Virus record (IMG/VR): IMGVR_UViG_3300019766_000003
Length of the DNA: 41,502 nucleotides
DNA from: a virus
Strand: one strand, 5' to 3'
The notes under the pieces were generated by a model. That model saw only the letters and a list, made by a program, of their open reading frames with translations, ran no database searches and was not told the origin of the DNA. Both the position numbers and the translations under genes were made by a program. This document shows positions 32,045 through 41,379 of the stretch, piece by piece. The first letter of the stretch is position 1. Each line of letters begins with the position of its first letter.

Positions 32045-32581
32045 ATGTTTAAGAAAGGCGATAAAGTATTGGTAGAGGCGGTGGTTGTTGGCGAGATAGA
32101 CGAGGACAACGAGGTAGATGTGAAGATAAAAAGACGTTTTGATGGGCTTGAAAGATATCAACATGTTCGAGTAGAAGACGTTAAAAAAAGCACAGAACAA
32201 AAGTGGATTCCAGTTGAAGAGCGTTTGCCGGAAGAGACAAAACAATATGTTGTAACGTTAATTGACGCCTATGACGAAAAAGGGCGCGTTGATGTTGCCG
32301 ACATTGAGTATCACGGATACGGCGAGTGGGATGTGGCAGGAATCACAGAAGTCATTGCTTGGATGGAAGACGGTCTCCCAAAGCCTTATTCTCCACCTGT
32401 TAAACTCCGTGAGTCGTGCGATTTGTGCAAGCACTATGAAGAGTCTACAAAGTCTGGAAAGTGGATTTCAGAGGGGGAGATTGAAATTAAGGCTGATGCT
32501 TATTCAAGTGTTTGCTGGAAGACAAAGCAGTTTACACCAGAGCCGCATTTTATCAACGGTAAACCTTGCGACGAGGAATAA
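32045..32581 (+). CDS. DUF551-like domain protein (178 aa)
   Basis: AGGAG lies 6 nt before the ATG at 32045. KWIPVEERLPEETKQYVV...VIAWMEDGLPKPYSPP. Confidence 0.6.
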   Translation: MFKKGDKVLVEAVVVGEIDEDNEVDVKIKRRFDGLERYQHVRVEDVKKSTEQKWIPVEERLPEETKQYVVTLIDAYDEKGRVDVADIEYHGYGEWDVAGITEVIAWMEDGLPKPYSPPVKLRESCDLCKHYEESTKSGKWISEGEIEIKADAYSSVCWKTKQFTPEPHFINGKPCDEE

Positions 32582-32587
32582 AACAAG

Positions 32588-32617
32588 GCCCTCTGTTAGC
32601 ACAGACAGGGGGCTTTT
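32588..32617 (+). terminator. Rho-independent terminator
   Basis: 9-bp stem gccctctgt / acagggggc (one G-U pair), 8-nt loop, then TTTT. Confidence 0.6.
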
Positions 32618-32638
32618 ACTTTAAAAAAAGGGTTAATT

Positions 32639-32833
32639 ATGACGATTCCAGTTACACAAATAGAATTTTGCGACAAATGTGTACATAGAAGTATTAGGAG
32701 CAAGAACAGGTGGTATTGCCGAAGTCACGGTGCGCTTTATCATGTAAATAGGAAAATGGAGTCAATAACAACCACAGACGGCGTTCCAATCGTGTGCAAT
32801 GTGAGAAGCTCTTGCAAGATTATAGGGCGGTAG
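32639..32833 (+). CDS. Small Cys-rich protein (64 aa)
   Basis: CDKCVHRS...YCRSHG...CNVRSSC. Confidence 0.5.
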   Translation: MTIPVTQIEFCDKCVHRSIRSKNRWYCRSHGALYHVNRKMESITTTDGVPIVCNVRSSCKIIGR

Positions 32834-33137
32834 TATGGCTTTTACTTTTGGAGAGGTTTGGGGTAAAAGGGATTTAGCGGATTGACCCGATCTTGGCGTG
32901 AACGGTGACGGGCTATCGAGAGCCATGGGGCGGACTTAATGCCTAATCACCACTGTAGCCGATAAAGAAGACTGTTTAAAAAGCTGTAATCATTGACAAG
33001 TGATCTTGTGAATGTGTGGTGACGACGACCGGACAGCTACCGTTTGGAGCGGTGGAAAGGTACGGTTGTGCTCTGGTCTTTATAAATGCAACGGGTGTGG
33101 TCTTGCGTAATTTTAACGATTAACCAGAGGTTATATT

Positions 33138-33599
33138 ATGGCTGTAGGGCGGCCAAGCAAATTAGACACCCTCAATATGGAGGCAGTAGAGCTGCTTGCG
33201 AAGAAAGGGTTTACAGATAAAGAAATGGCGAAAGTGTTTGGTGTTACTGAACAAACCTTTAACAACTGGAAGAAAAAGAACAAATCCTTTTTTGAGTCCT
33301 TAAAGGATTGGAAAAGCGTTGCAGACGAACGGGTCGAGCGGTCTTTGTATGAAAGGGCTGTAGGGTATAGTCATCCAGATACGAAGTTTGCAACATACGA
33401 GGGGAAAATAACAGACTCTCAAGAGTACATAAAACATTACGCCCCTGATCCTACTGCCATTATATTCTGGTTAAAGAACCGAAAGCGCGAAGAGTGGAAA
33501 GACAGGTGGGAAGACGACCAAGAATCAAAAGATGAACAGATCACAAAGCTTGAAATCTCAGTGGTAACGCCAGATGGAAATACAGCTAACAGCGACTAA
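33138..33599 (+). CDS. terS: Terminase small subunit
   Basis: N-terminal HTH GRPSKL...LLAKKGFTDKEMAKVFGVTEQTFNNW, then VERSLYERAVGY. Directly upstream of terL and overlapping it. Confidence 0.7.
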   Translation: MAVGRPSKLDTLNMEAVELLAKKGFTDKEMAKVFGVTEQTFNNWKKKNKSFFESLKDWKSVADERVERSLYERAVGYSHPDTKFATYEGKITDSQEYIKHYAPDPTAIIFWLKNRKREEWKDRWEDDQESKDEQITKLEISVVTPDGNTANSD

Positions 33600-34878
33600 A
33601 CCACAGGCCGATTTTTACGCAATTGATGCAAAGTATCCGGCATTTGTGGCTGGCTATGGAAGCGGGAAATCGGAAGCTCTTGTTTGTTCTGCGCTGCTCG
33701 ACTCATTTGAGGGTGGCGCAGAGTCTTTGATTGCCCTCTATGAGCCAACATACGACCTCGTACGCCTTATCCTTGCCCCTAGACTCGAAGAGAAGCTTGT
33801 CGAATGGGGTATCAGATACCGCTACAACAAATCAGAAAACATACTTTATACGTCATCCTCACAAGTAGGTGATTTTATTCTTAGGTCGCTTGATAATCCA
33901 GCTCGTATCATTGGGTATGAGTCTTTCAGGGCAAAAATTGACGAACTGGATACGCTCAAAAGAGAGCAGGCAAGTCTTGTGTGGGAAAAGGTTATCGCCC
34001 GTAACAGGCAGATACCGAAAACCTATGTCAAACAGTCAAGCAAGCCGATTAACACAGTTGGAGTATTCACAACGCCGGAAGGGTTTAGATTCGTCCATGA
34101 TCGCTGGGTTAAAGTTGGCGGTGATGACTATCAGATAATCCAGGCTGCTACAAAATCAAATCCATATTTGCCACCAGATTACATTGAGTCTCTAAGGGCT
34201 TCATACCCACCACAGTTGATTGACGCTTATCTTGAAGGTAAGTTTGTCAACTTAACGGCAGGGACTATTTACGCACAGTATGATAGAGAGTTAAACAGTT
34301 CAACCGAGATGGTGCGAGACAATGACATTTTACACGTTGGTATGGACTTTAACGTAGGTAAAATGGCGGCTGTTGTGCACGTTGTTCGTGATGGTCTACC
34401 ACACGCCGTTGCTGAGGTTTTTGACGCTTATGACACTCCTGATATGCGCAGGATTCTTCAAGAGCGGTACTGGAAGTTTGAAAACGGAAGATATATAAAA
34501 AACAGGACAATTAGAGTCTACCCTGATGCCAGTGGTGGTAGCCGTAAATCCGTAAACGCTTCTGAAACAGATATACAAATTTTAAAGCAAGCCGGCTTTG
34601 TTGTGGTTGCACCTAAGGCAAACCCGCCAGTTAAAGACAGGATAAATAGCATGAACGCAATGTTCTGCAATGCAGATGGCGAACGCAGGTATCGCGTAAA
34701 TGCTGAAAAGTGTCCCACATATGCAGATTGCCTAGAACAGCAAGCATGGGGTAAGAATGGCGAACCGGACAAGACGGCCGGAACTGATCACTTGTGTGAT
34801 GGAGCTGGATACTACATTCACAACCAGTTCCCAATAGTCAAAAAATCTATTAAACGTGCAAAAATCGGAGGCATCTAA
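33574..34878 (+). CDS. terL: Terminase large subunit
   Basis: Walker A AGYGSGKSEA. Nuclease-half acidic motifs (VGMDFNV..., YPDASG). Followed by the portal gene. Confidence 0.85.
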   Translation: MEIQLTATKPQADFYAIDAKYPAFVAGYGSGKSEALVCSALLDSFEGGAESLIALYEPTYDLVRLILAPRLEEKLVEWGIRYRYNKSENILYTSSSQVGDFILRSLDNPARIIGYESFRAKIDELDTLKREQASLVWEKVIARNRQIPKTYVKQSSKPINTVGVFTTPEGFRFVHDRWVKVGGDDYQIIQAATKSNPYLPPDYIESLRASYPPQLIDAYLEGKFVNLTAGTIYAQYDRELNSSTEMVRDNDILHVGMDFNVGKMAAVVHVVRDGLPHAVAEVFDAYDTPDMRRILQERYWKFENGRYIKNRTIRVYPDASGGSRKSVNASETDIQILKQAGFVVVAPKANPPVKDRINSMNAMFCNADGERRYRVNAEKCPTYADCLEQQAWGKNGEPDKTAGTDHLCDGAGYYIHNQFPIVKKSIKRAKIGGI

Positions 34879-36282
34879 ATGCCAGTTGAAACAAGAAAAT
34901 CAGCATATACTGACATGTCGCCACAATGGGAGACTATGCGAGACTTGGCAGACGGACAGCGTGCAGTACATGCGAGAGGCACAAAGTACTTGCCGATGTT
35001 GGCAGAGCAAACTGTTCAAGAGTACGAGAAGTTCAAAAAGCGCACTTGCTTCCTGAATGCCACCGGAAAAACAATTGATTCACTTGTTGGCCTTGTTTTT
35101 AGAAAAGAGCCGACTATTGAAAAAGATTCATCTGCAGACGTCTTTATTGACGATATCTCCGCAGCTGGCGTATCTGCTTATGACTTGTCAAAAACGGCGC
35201 TCACAGAACTTTGCACTGTTGGGCGATATGGGTTGCTTGTAGACTACCCCCGCAACGATTCTGGAGAAATGACCGTTCAAGAACAAGAGGCAAGCGGCGC
35301 AAGGCCGGCGGTAAAATTCTACAGCGCAGAATCCATTATCAACTGGAAAACAGATACAATTAACGGCAAAGAACAGTTGTCGATGGTTGTGTTGCTTGAA
35401 GTCGTAGAAGCAAAGACGCCGTCCGACGAGTTCGATACCAACACGACAGAAGAACAGTACAGGGTGCTTGATTTTGAGGATGGTAAGTATAGACAGAGGC
35501 TAATTGACGCTGATGGCGTTGAAACGGTTATTGATGTCAGAAAACAAGACAAGGCTCTTGATTTTATTCCGTTCCAGATGTTCAATGTTTCAGGCACTGG
35601 GGTTGGTGTAGAAAACCCTCCACTGATGGACCTCGCATACTTGAACATCGACCACTACCAAAAGACAGCAAGCCACAGCAACGCCCTGTATGTTGCCGGA
35701 GCAAGTACACTTGTGATTTCTGGAGAACAAGCTACGGACAACGAAGGCAATTCAAAGGCATTTCACCTTGGCTCGACAACTGCACTGATGCTTGAAAACG
35801 ACACCTCAAAGGCCTACTTCGTCGAGCTTAAAGGCGATAGTATTGGGGCGCTGAGTGAAGAGCGCAACAATCTGAAGTCCGACATGGCTACATTTGGTGC
35901 TAATCTACTGAAAGAGCAAAAGAAGGCCGCAGAAGCAGCAGAGACAGCACGAATAAACAGGGCTGGAGAGTCTTCATGGCTGGCAAGTGTTGCTTCTATT
36001 GTCTCAAGCTCTATCGAGTGGGCGTTGCGCATCGCTCTTGAATGGCAAGGTTTATCTGGAGATATTCGCTTTGAACTGAATAAAGACTACATGCCAACAA
36101 CAATGGACGCGCAGACATTGACAAGCTTAATCAACGCCCTGCAGACTGGTGCAATCAGCTTTGATACTTTTTGGTACAACCTTGTTCGTGGCGAAATTGC
36201 GCCAGAAGGCATGGACGCAGAAACAGAACAAGAAAAGATTGAAGCCGGACAGTATAGCATGGGTGATAGCGGGGTGGCATAA
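34879..36282 (+). CDS. Portal protein
   Basis: 467 aa, starts 1 nt after terL. The N-terminus WETMRDLADGQRAVHARGTKYLP...EYEKFKKR resembles DUF4055-type portals. Confidence 0.75.
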   Translation: MPVETRKSAYTDMSPQWETMRDLADGQRAVHARGTKYLPMLAEQTVQEYEKFKKRTCFLNATGKTIDSLVGLVFRKEPTIEKDSSADVFIDDISAAGVSAYDLSKTALTELCTVGRYGLLVDYPRNDSGEMTVQEQEASGARPAVKFYSAESIINWKTDTINGKEQLSMVVLLEVVEAKTPSDEFDTNTTEEQYRVLDFEDGKYRQRLIDADGVETVIDVRKQDKALDFIPFQMFNVSGTGVGVENPPLMDLAYLNIDHYQKTASHSNALYVAGASTLVISGEQATDNEGNSKAFHLGSTTALMLENDTSKAYFVELKGDSIGALSEERNNLKSDMATFGANLLKEQKKAAEAAETARINRAGESSWLASVASIVSSSIEWALRIALEWQGLSGDIRFELNKDYMPTTMDAQTLTSLINALQTGAISFDTFWYNLVRGEIAPEGMDAETEQEKIEAGQYSMGDSGVA

Positions 36283-37346
36283 TGCCAACACCACAAGAGA
36301 AACTAATTGACGCACACATAGGGCACTCGCTCGATCTTTTAAGGCTTTCCTCCGGCGACTGGCGACAGGTCAAAAAGATTTTGCTTGACCTTGAAAAAGA
36401 CCTGATTAAGCAGATTGCAGATATCGACGTTAATAGACCAGTTCAGGCTATATACCGAAGGCAGAGGCTCACAAAGTTACTTGAATCCACGCAAGAGACT
36501 ATCAAGCAAAAGTATGAGCTGATAAGATACGAGCATTCGTTGATGCTTGAAGACGTTGCAGAGTACGAGAACGCATTTACGCGCAAAAACTTGAACGCGT
36601 CTTTTGGTGTTGATATAGCCGCAGATGCTATAACCACCACACAGGCAAAGGCGATTGTTAATGACACGCTGATACTTGGAGCTAGTGCCGCTGATTGGTG
36701 GGCAAGGCAAGAGGCGACTACACAAGCAAAGTTCGCCGATGCTATGCGTCAAGGATGGGAGCAAGGCGAATCTATCGACCAGATGGTTAGGCGTGTGCGT
36801 GGCACAGCATCCACAACAGGCATAATGGACGTATCAAAACGTGATGCTGAATCACTTGTGCGAACTTCTGTAGCTGCAATTTCTGGACAGTCTAGGGTGG
36901 ATACGATTGAAGCGAACGATGACTTGTTAAACGGATATATCCATGTATCTACTTTGGACAACAGAACAACGCTCCAGTGTATGGTTAGGGATAATAAAAA
37001 ATGGAACATGAAAAAAGAACCAATCGGGCACTCCATACCGTTCAGGCAAACCCCAATCCATTGGCAATGCCGGAGCACAATAGTTCCGTGGCTGAAGTCA
37101 TGGGAAGAGCTTGGAAGCAAAGTTAAGGTTAAAGTTCCTGAAAAGATGAGATCAAGCTTGGATGGATATGTTCCAGCTAAAACAAGCTACGAAGACTGGC
37201 TCAAGTCGAGAACGAAAGAAGACCAACTTGATATACTCGGTAAAACACGTTTTAACCTTTGGGAAAAGGGTGAATTGACCCTGCGTCAAATGGTCAACAC
37301 CAACGATAGACCGCTTACAATTGACCAATTGCGCAAGAAGTTGTAA
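36282..37346 (+). CDS. Head morphogenesis protein (Mu F / SPP1 gp7 family)
   Basis: TAATG overlap with the portal gene. VSTLDNRTTLQCMVRDNKKW is the MuF-type motif. Confidence 0.75.
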   Translation: MPTPQEKLIDAHIGHSLDLLRLSSGDWRQVKKILLDLEKDLIKQIADIDVNRPVQAIYRRQRLTKLLESTQETIKQKYELIRYEHSLMLEDVAEYENAFTRKNLNASFGVDIAADAITTTQAKAIVNDTLILGASAADWWARQEATTQAKFADAMRQGWEQGESIDQMVRRVRGTASTTGIMDVSKRDAESLVRTSVAAISGQSRVDTIEANDDLLNGYIHVSTLDNRTTLQCMVRDNKKWNMKKEPIGHSIPFRQTPIHWQCRSTIVPWLKSWEELGSKVKVKVPEKMRSSLDGYVPAKTSYEDWLKSRTKEDQLDILGKTRFNLWEKGELTLRQMVNTNDRPLTIDQLRKKL

Positions 37347-37415
37347 AGTTGCATTAAACATTTTGTTGATAAATATTAACCCCTGTTAGAGACAGGGCGA
37401 TATCCAGAGGATAAA

Positions 37416-38072
37416 ATGGCATTTGATCCGAGCGACCCAAAAGACAAAGAGTTACTTGACGGCATGATTAACAAGGCGGTTGCAGATGCAACGTCGGGAC
37501 TTATTGCAAAGCGTGACGAATTGCTTGCAGAGGTGAAAGGGCTTAAAGGCACAAAAACACAGCTCTCAGAGGCTGAGCAAAAGCTTGCAGAGATTGAGGA
37601 AGAGAAAGCAAGAAAGGCCGGAGACTTTGAAAAGATTGAAGCCGATTTGCGTGCAAAGATTGCGGCGGAAAAAGAAGGCTTTGAAACAGAAAAGGGTAAA
37701 TTGCAGAACCAGCTTGAGTCACTGCTCATTGACAATGGGCTGAAAGAGCAGTTGATCAAGGCGAATGTGAAGAAAGAATTTATTACGGCGGTAGAAGCTT
37801 TGCTGAGGGGTAAAGTCTCCATTGCTGAAATTGACGGTATCCCTTCTGCTGTTGTTGATGGTAAGCCTTTGGGCGAATTTATTTCTAATGATTGGGCAAA
37901 GAGCGACGAGGGCAAAGCCTTTGTGCTTGCGCCTGGAAATTCTGGAGGCGGCGCTTCCGGCGGTACGCAGAGCGTAGGAAACAAGAAATTTAACGAAATG
38001 ACAGAGGCCGAAAAAGTAGCACTGTATCGGGAAGCCCCCGAAAAGTACGAAGCGGCTAAAAACGTCAAATAA
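37416..38072 (+). CDS. Scaffolding protein
   Basis: Highly charged, coiled-coil (E/K/A/L-rich) 218 aa ORF immediately upstream of the capsid gene. Confidence 0.65.
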   Translation: MAFDPSDPKDKELLDGMINKAVADATSGLIAKRDELLAEVKGLKGTKTQLSEAEQKLAEIEEEKARKAGDFEKIEADLRAKIAAEKEGFETEKGKLQNQLESLLIDNGLKEQLIKANVKKEFITAVEALLRGKVSIAEIDGIPSAVVDGKPLGEFISNDWAKSDEGKAFVLAPGNSGGGASGGTQSVGNKKFNEMTEAEKVALYREAPEKYEAAKNVK

Positions 38073-38084
38073 GGATTTTAAAAC

Positions 38085-39098
38085 ATGGCACTTGTACAGC
38101 TTGCGGACATTATTGTCCCTACCATTTACCTGGATATTCCGGCCGTTGATTCCCCTGAAAAGATTGCGCTATTGCAGTCTGGAATTGTAACGCAGTCCCC
38201 ATTCTTCAATGAACTTGCAGGTCGTGAGGGTTGGGTTCGAGAGCTTCCGTTTTGGAATGACATTGATCCTACATCCGAGCCTCTTTTGGCTACAGACGAT
38301 CCAGCAGATGTTGGCGTAGCTCAGAAGATCAACCAGTCTGAACAGATTACACGCAAGTCTATTCTGGCAAAGGGATGGAGTGCGTCAGACCTCACAGCAC
38401 AGATTAACATGGGCGCAGAACCCATGACGCAGATACGCAACCGAGTTGATATGTACTGGTCCCGCCAGTGGCAGCGCAGACTTATTGCCACTGCAAACGG
38501 CGTACTTGCAGACAACGTAGCAAACGATTCCGGCGATATGGTGAATGATATTGCTATTGAAGACGGCGATAACGCAACAGCAGCAAACCTTTTCAGCCGC
38601 AGCGCTTTTACCGCATCCGCCTTTACACTCGGTGACATGTTTAACGACATTCAGGCAATTGCCGTTCACTCTGTTGTGATGAATCGTATGGTGGACAATG
38701 ATGACATTGATTACATTCCTGATTCTCAGGGGCAGTTGACTATCCCAACATTCATGGGCCGCCGTGTTATCGTTGACGACTCCATGCCAGTTGTTGCTGG
38801 TGCTACATCCGGCTTTAAATACACATCCATTCTTTGGGGTTCAGGCGCATTCGCATACGGGGAAGCAGAACTTCCAAACTCTGTAGCTGTAGAACGTGAG
38901 GAGGCGCAGGGCAACGGTATGGGCGTTGAGACACTTTGGACCCGTAAACAGTGGATTCTCCATCCTGCAGGCTTCAAGGTAAGTGCTACTCCGGCAAACA
39001 ACAGCTTTACAATCGCAGAGCTTTCAGCCGCAGCAACATGGGACCGTGTCGTTGTGCGCAAAAACGTGCCAATGGCATTCCTGATTACTAACGGCTAA
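38085..39098 (+). CDS. Major capsid protein
   Basis: 337 aa ORF after the scaffold gene, followed by a strong terminator. Composition and position are typical. Confidence 0.8.
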   Translation: MALVQLADIIVPTIYLDIPAVDSPEKIALLQSGIVTQSPFFNELAGREGWVRELPFWNDIDPTSEPLLATDDPADVGVAQKINQSEQITRKSILAKGWSASDLTAQINMGAEPMTQIRNRVDMYWSRQWQRRLIATANGVLADNVANDSGDMVNDIAIEDGDNATAANLFSRSAFTASAFTLGDMFNDIQAIAVHSVVMNRMVDNDDIDYIPDSQGQLTIPTFMGRRVIVDDSMPVVAGATSGFKYTSILWGSGAFAYGEAELPNSVAVEREEAQGNGMGVETLWTRKQWILHPAGFKVSATPANNSFTIAELSAAATWDRVVVRKNVPMAFLITNG

Positions 39099-39110
39099 TC
39101 AGCTAACTAT

Positions 39111-39147
39111 AGGGTGCTTGGCTTAATGGTCTCGCACCCTTTTTTTA
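39111..39147 (+). terminator. Rho-independent terminator after the capsid gene
   Basis: agggtgc-N16-gcaccct followed by T7. Confidence 0.75.
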
Positions 39148-39162
39148 TACAGGGAGTTAATT

Positions 39163-39423
39163 ATGCCTACATTTGAGGAGATAATGACTTATGAACGAAA
39201 CAAAAGATACAAAAAGCTCAGAGAAGGAAGCCAAATACGATCTTTGGGACGTGACAAAGTACAAGCTGAGAAAGAAACAGAAAGAACGGAGGAGAGAGAA
39301 CGAGCAGGAATAGCGGAACTGTCCCGCTCTGATTTGTACAAGCTCGCAAAAGACGAAGGGCTTGATGTTTCGTGGAAAGGTTCCTCGAAAGAAGAATTAC
39401 TTGAGCTTTTGGATGGTGAATAA
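39163..39423 (+). CDS. Small charged protein with a Rho-N/SAP-like C-terminal motif
   Basis: LSRSDLYKLAKDEGLDVSWKGSSKEELLELL. Confidence 0.5.
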   Translation: MPTFEEIMTYERNKRYKKLREGSQIRSLGRDKVQAEKETERTEERERAGIAELSRSDLYKLAKDEGLDVSWKGSSKEELLELLDGE

Positions 39424-40250
39424 TGTCTTTCCCAAAAAATCTCGGTGACGTAAAGTACTATTTTGAGTCTGTTTTTAACCCTCGCAATTCAATAAACGTC
39501 GAGATTCAGGATCAATATAGCCCTATTGTGAATCTTTACCTTTACGAAGTCCTTGATACTATCACGCTTGACGTTGCGGCTAGCGTAGACGATACATCTA
39601 TCACTGTGACGACTACTGGTCTAACCCCGCTTGTAGGTCAATATGTCTGCCTGAAAGAGGGCGTGGAGTTTTTCCAAGGACGCATTAGCTCTGTAACGCC
39701 AGTTGCTGGAAACCAATATACTCTTGGAATGAACTCACCGCTTGACTATCCGTTCACGACGAGCGGCGGTTGCTCCATCACGTCAATTGACTTGAATGTT
39801 GACGGGAGTGTAACCCCTAAGGTCTTTGGGGTCTCACCGGAGGCTTTATCAGCTGGTATCGCATGGGACATTACAAGGATGATGCTAGTTATCTCTGACA
39901 GCTCTTCAATGGATGATGGGAAGTTTGGAGGTATCACTGGCGGACTATCTAATGGGATTGTGTTTAGGGTAAAGAGAAATGGGACAAGGGACAATATCTT
40001 TAACGCCCGTACAAACGGAGACTTCCGCCTACAGGCTTATGACCTGCAGTACATCGACGCTACACTTGGTCCGGCTGGGCAGGAGTCGCTAGGAGTCAGG
40101 CGTTCGTTTAATGGTCCAGACAAAAATGGGGTTGCAATCCGGCTTGTTAATGACGAAGATCCAGACGAGTTTCAGTTGATTGTCCAAGACGACTTAACAC
40201 TTCTTGACAGCTTTCACATGGTCATTCAAGGACACGTAGTTCAGGAGTAA
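39423..40250 (+). CDS. Hypothetical virion-associated protein (275 aa)
   Basis: TAATG coupling. Beta-rich composition and location in the head module. No recognised motif. Confidence 0.5.
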   Translation: MSFPKNLGDVKYYFESVFNPRNSINVEIQDQYSPIVNLYLYEVLDTITLDVAASVDDTSITVTTTGLTPLVGQYVCLKEGVEFFQGRISSVTPVAGNQYTLGMNSPLDYPFTTSGGCSITSIDLNVDGSVTPKVFGVSPEALSAGIAWDITRMMLVISDSSSMDDGKFGGITGGLSNGIVFRVKRNGTRDNIFNARTNGDFRLQAYDLQYIDATLGPAGQESLGVRRSFNGPDKNGVAIRLVNDEDPDEFQLIVQDDLTLLDSFHMVIQGHVVQE

Positions 40251-40295
40251 AAAAAATCCCCCCTTCCTTAACTGGTTGGGGGGGGGTGTCTTTTT
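40249..40295. terminator. Bidirectional terminator (A7-CCCCCC-loop-G9-T-rich)
   Basis: Read directly. Lies at the convergence of the rightward head genes and the leftward two-gene insert. Confidence 0.6.
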
Positions 40296-40668
40296 AATAG
40301 CTGAGCATAAACAATATCGCTTCGTTTTCCGCCACAGCTCTATTGAACAGCTCTCTCTTTTTGGCGTCGTCGCCTACAATCTTAATCGCAGTCAATACAG
40401 CAATGGACTCGTTGAGCGCATTTGGACAGTCTCTTGCTCTTTTGGTCAGTAGCCCAGTATCCTCCTGAAACACATATTTCTCGAAAATATCAAGCCACTC
40501 TGCGTTTCTTTTTTCTTTAAGCTTGTTATGTCGCCGCTCTTTTTCTTTTTTGCCTTCCGCAGCGCGCCGCCGTATCGCTTTTGCCTTATCTAATATTTTA
40601 TTCAACATTGACATGTACCGGATTGCTACTTTCAAGTTCCTCTCTAATTTAATCAATCTCTTGATCAA
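40294..40668 (-). CDS. Hypothetical basic/helical protein (up to 124 aa; start uncertain, TTG 40668 or ATG 40614)
   Basis: Long minus-strand ORF ending in the bidirectional terminator. Confidence 0.5.
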   Translation of the reverse strand: MIKRLIKLERNLKVAIRYMSMLNKILDKAKAIRRRAAEGKKEKERRHNKLKEKRNAEWLDIFEKYVFQEDTGLLTKRARDCPNALNESIAVLTAIKIVGDDAKKRELFNRAVAENEAILFMLSY

Positions 40669-40822
40669 TAGAAATTAGCTTGCTGTGAATCTTTTGGAGC
40701 AATTCAGTACGCTCTCGCTCCATTCTGCGCTGTTCGCCGATACGGAAGTACCAGAGGGCCACAGAACGGAACAAAAGAAAAAATAACGCCATAGCCAAAA
40801 AAGAGCCTATTAAAACATTCAT
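40649..40822 (-). CDS. Small N-terminally anchored membrane protein (57 aa; below the track cut-off)
   Basis: Manual translation: MNVLIGSFLAMALFFLLFRSVALWYFRIGEQRRMERERTELLQKIHSKLISIDQEID. GGGGTG lies 6 nt upstream. Confidence 0.4.
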   Translation of the reverse strand: MNVLIGSFLAMALFFLLFRSVALWYFRIGEQRRMERERTELLQKIHSKLISIDQEID

Positions 40823-41379
40823 TGAAACACCCCGTTAATGTTTATGTTTTTAAAGATTGCTATTTGGAAGCCTGAAAAATAAGTGCATAGAGGGGTCAGC
40901 CTTACAGAGTAAACCTGTTCCCCTATACACTATAAAAACTTGCTCTTCGGAGCCGCCTTTCATTTTTAGTGCCAGTGCATCCAGATACGGTGCAAAGTCT
41001 CACGCTACTTTACGGCATGTATCTGCCGTCGCACCCAGCTTCGTGATTTAGAGTTGCTGTGTTGGAGTGGTGCGGCCTCGTTGTTCCATAGAAGCATATC
41101 CCCAACCGTATTACCCGACAAGATATGCAGAGCGATTCTATCCGCTAGAATCCGGCTCAAGGTGTAATTCTCATCACCGTGTCCGCGTATCACGCAACCA
41201 ATCGAAAAAGGCGCAATGACCAAAAAATAAACCCCCAAGGGAAAATCAAGTGCTTAAGTCGATCTCCACAAGGGGGTTCTAAAATAATATTTAAATGTGT
41301 TTCAAGACTTAAGCAAGTTGAAAAGACCACAAAGCACTTGAGCTGTCAAGCGAAAATGTCCAAGGTCTATATTATTTCG

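Noticed and set aside
32985-33020. TTGACA at ~32994 as a promoter for the terminase operon
   Set aside because: No acceptable -10 hexamer lies 16-18 nt downstream (gtggtg / tgtggt).
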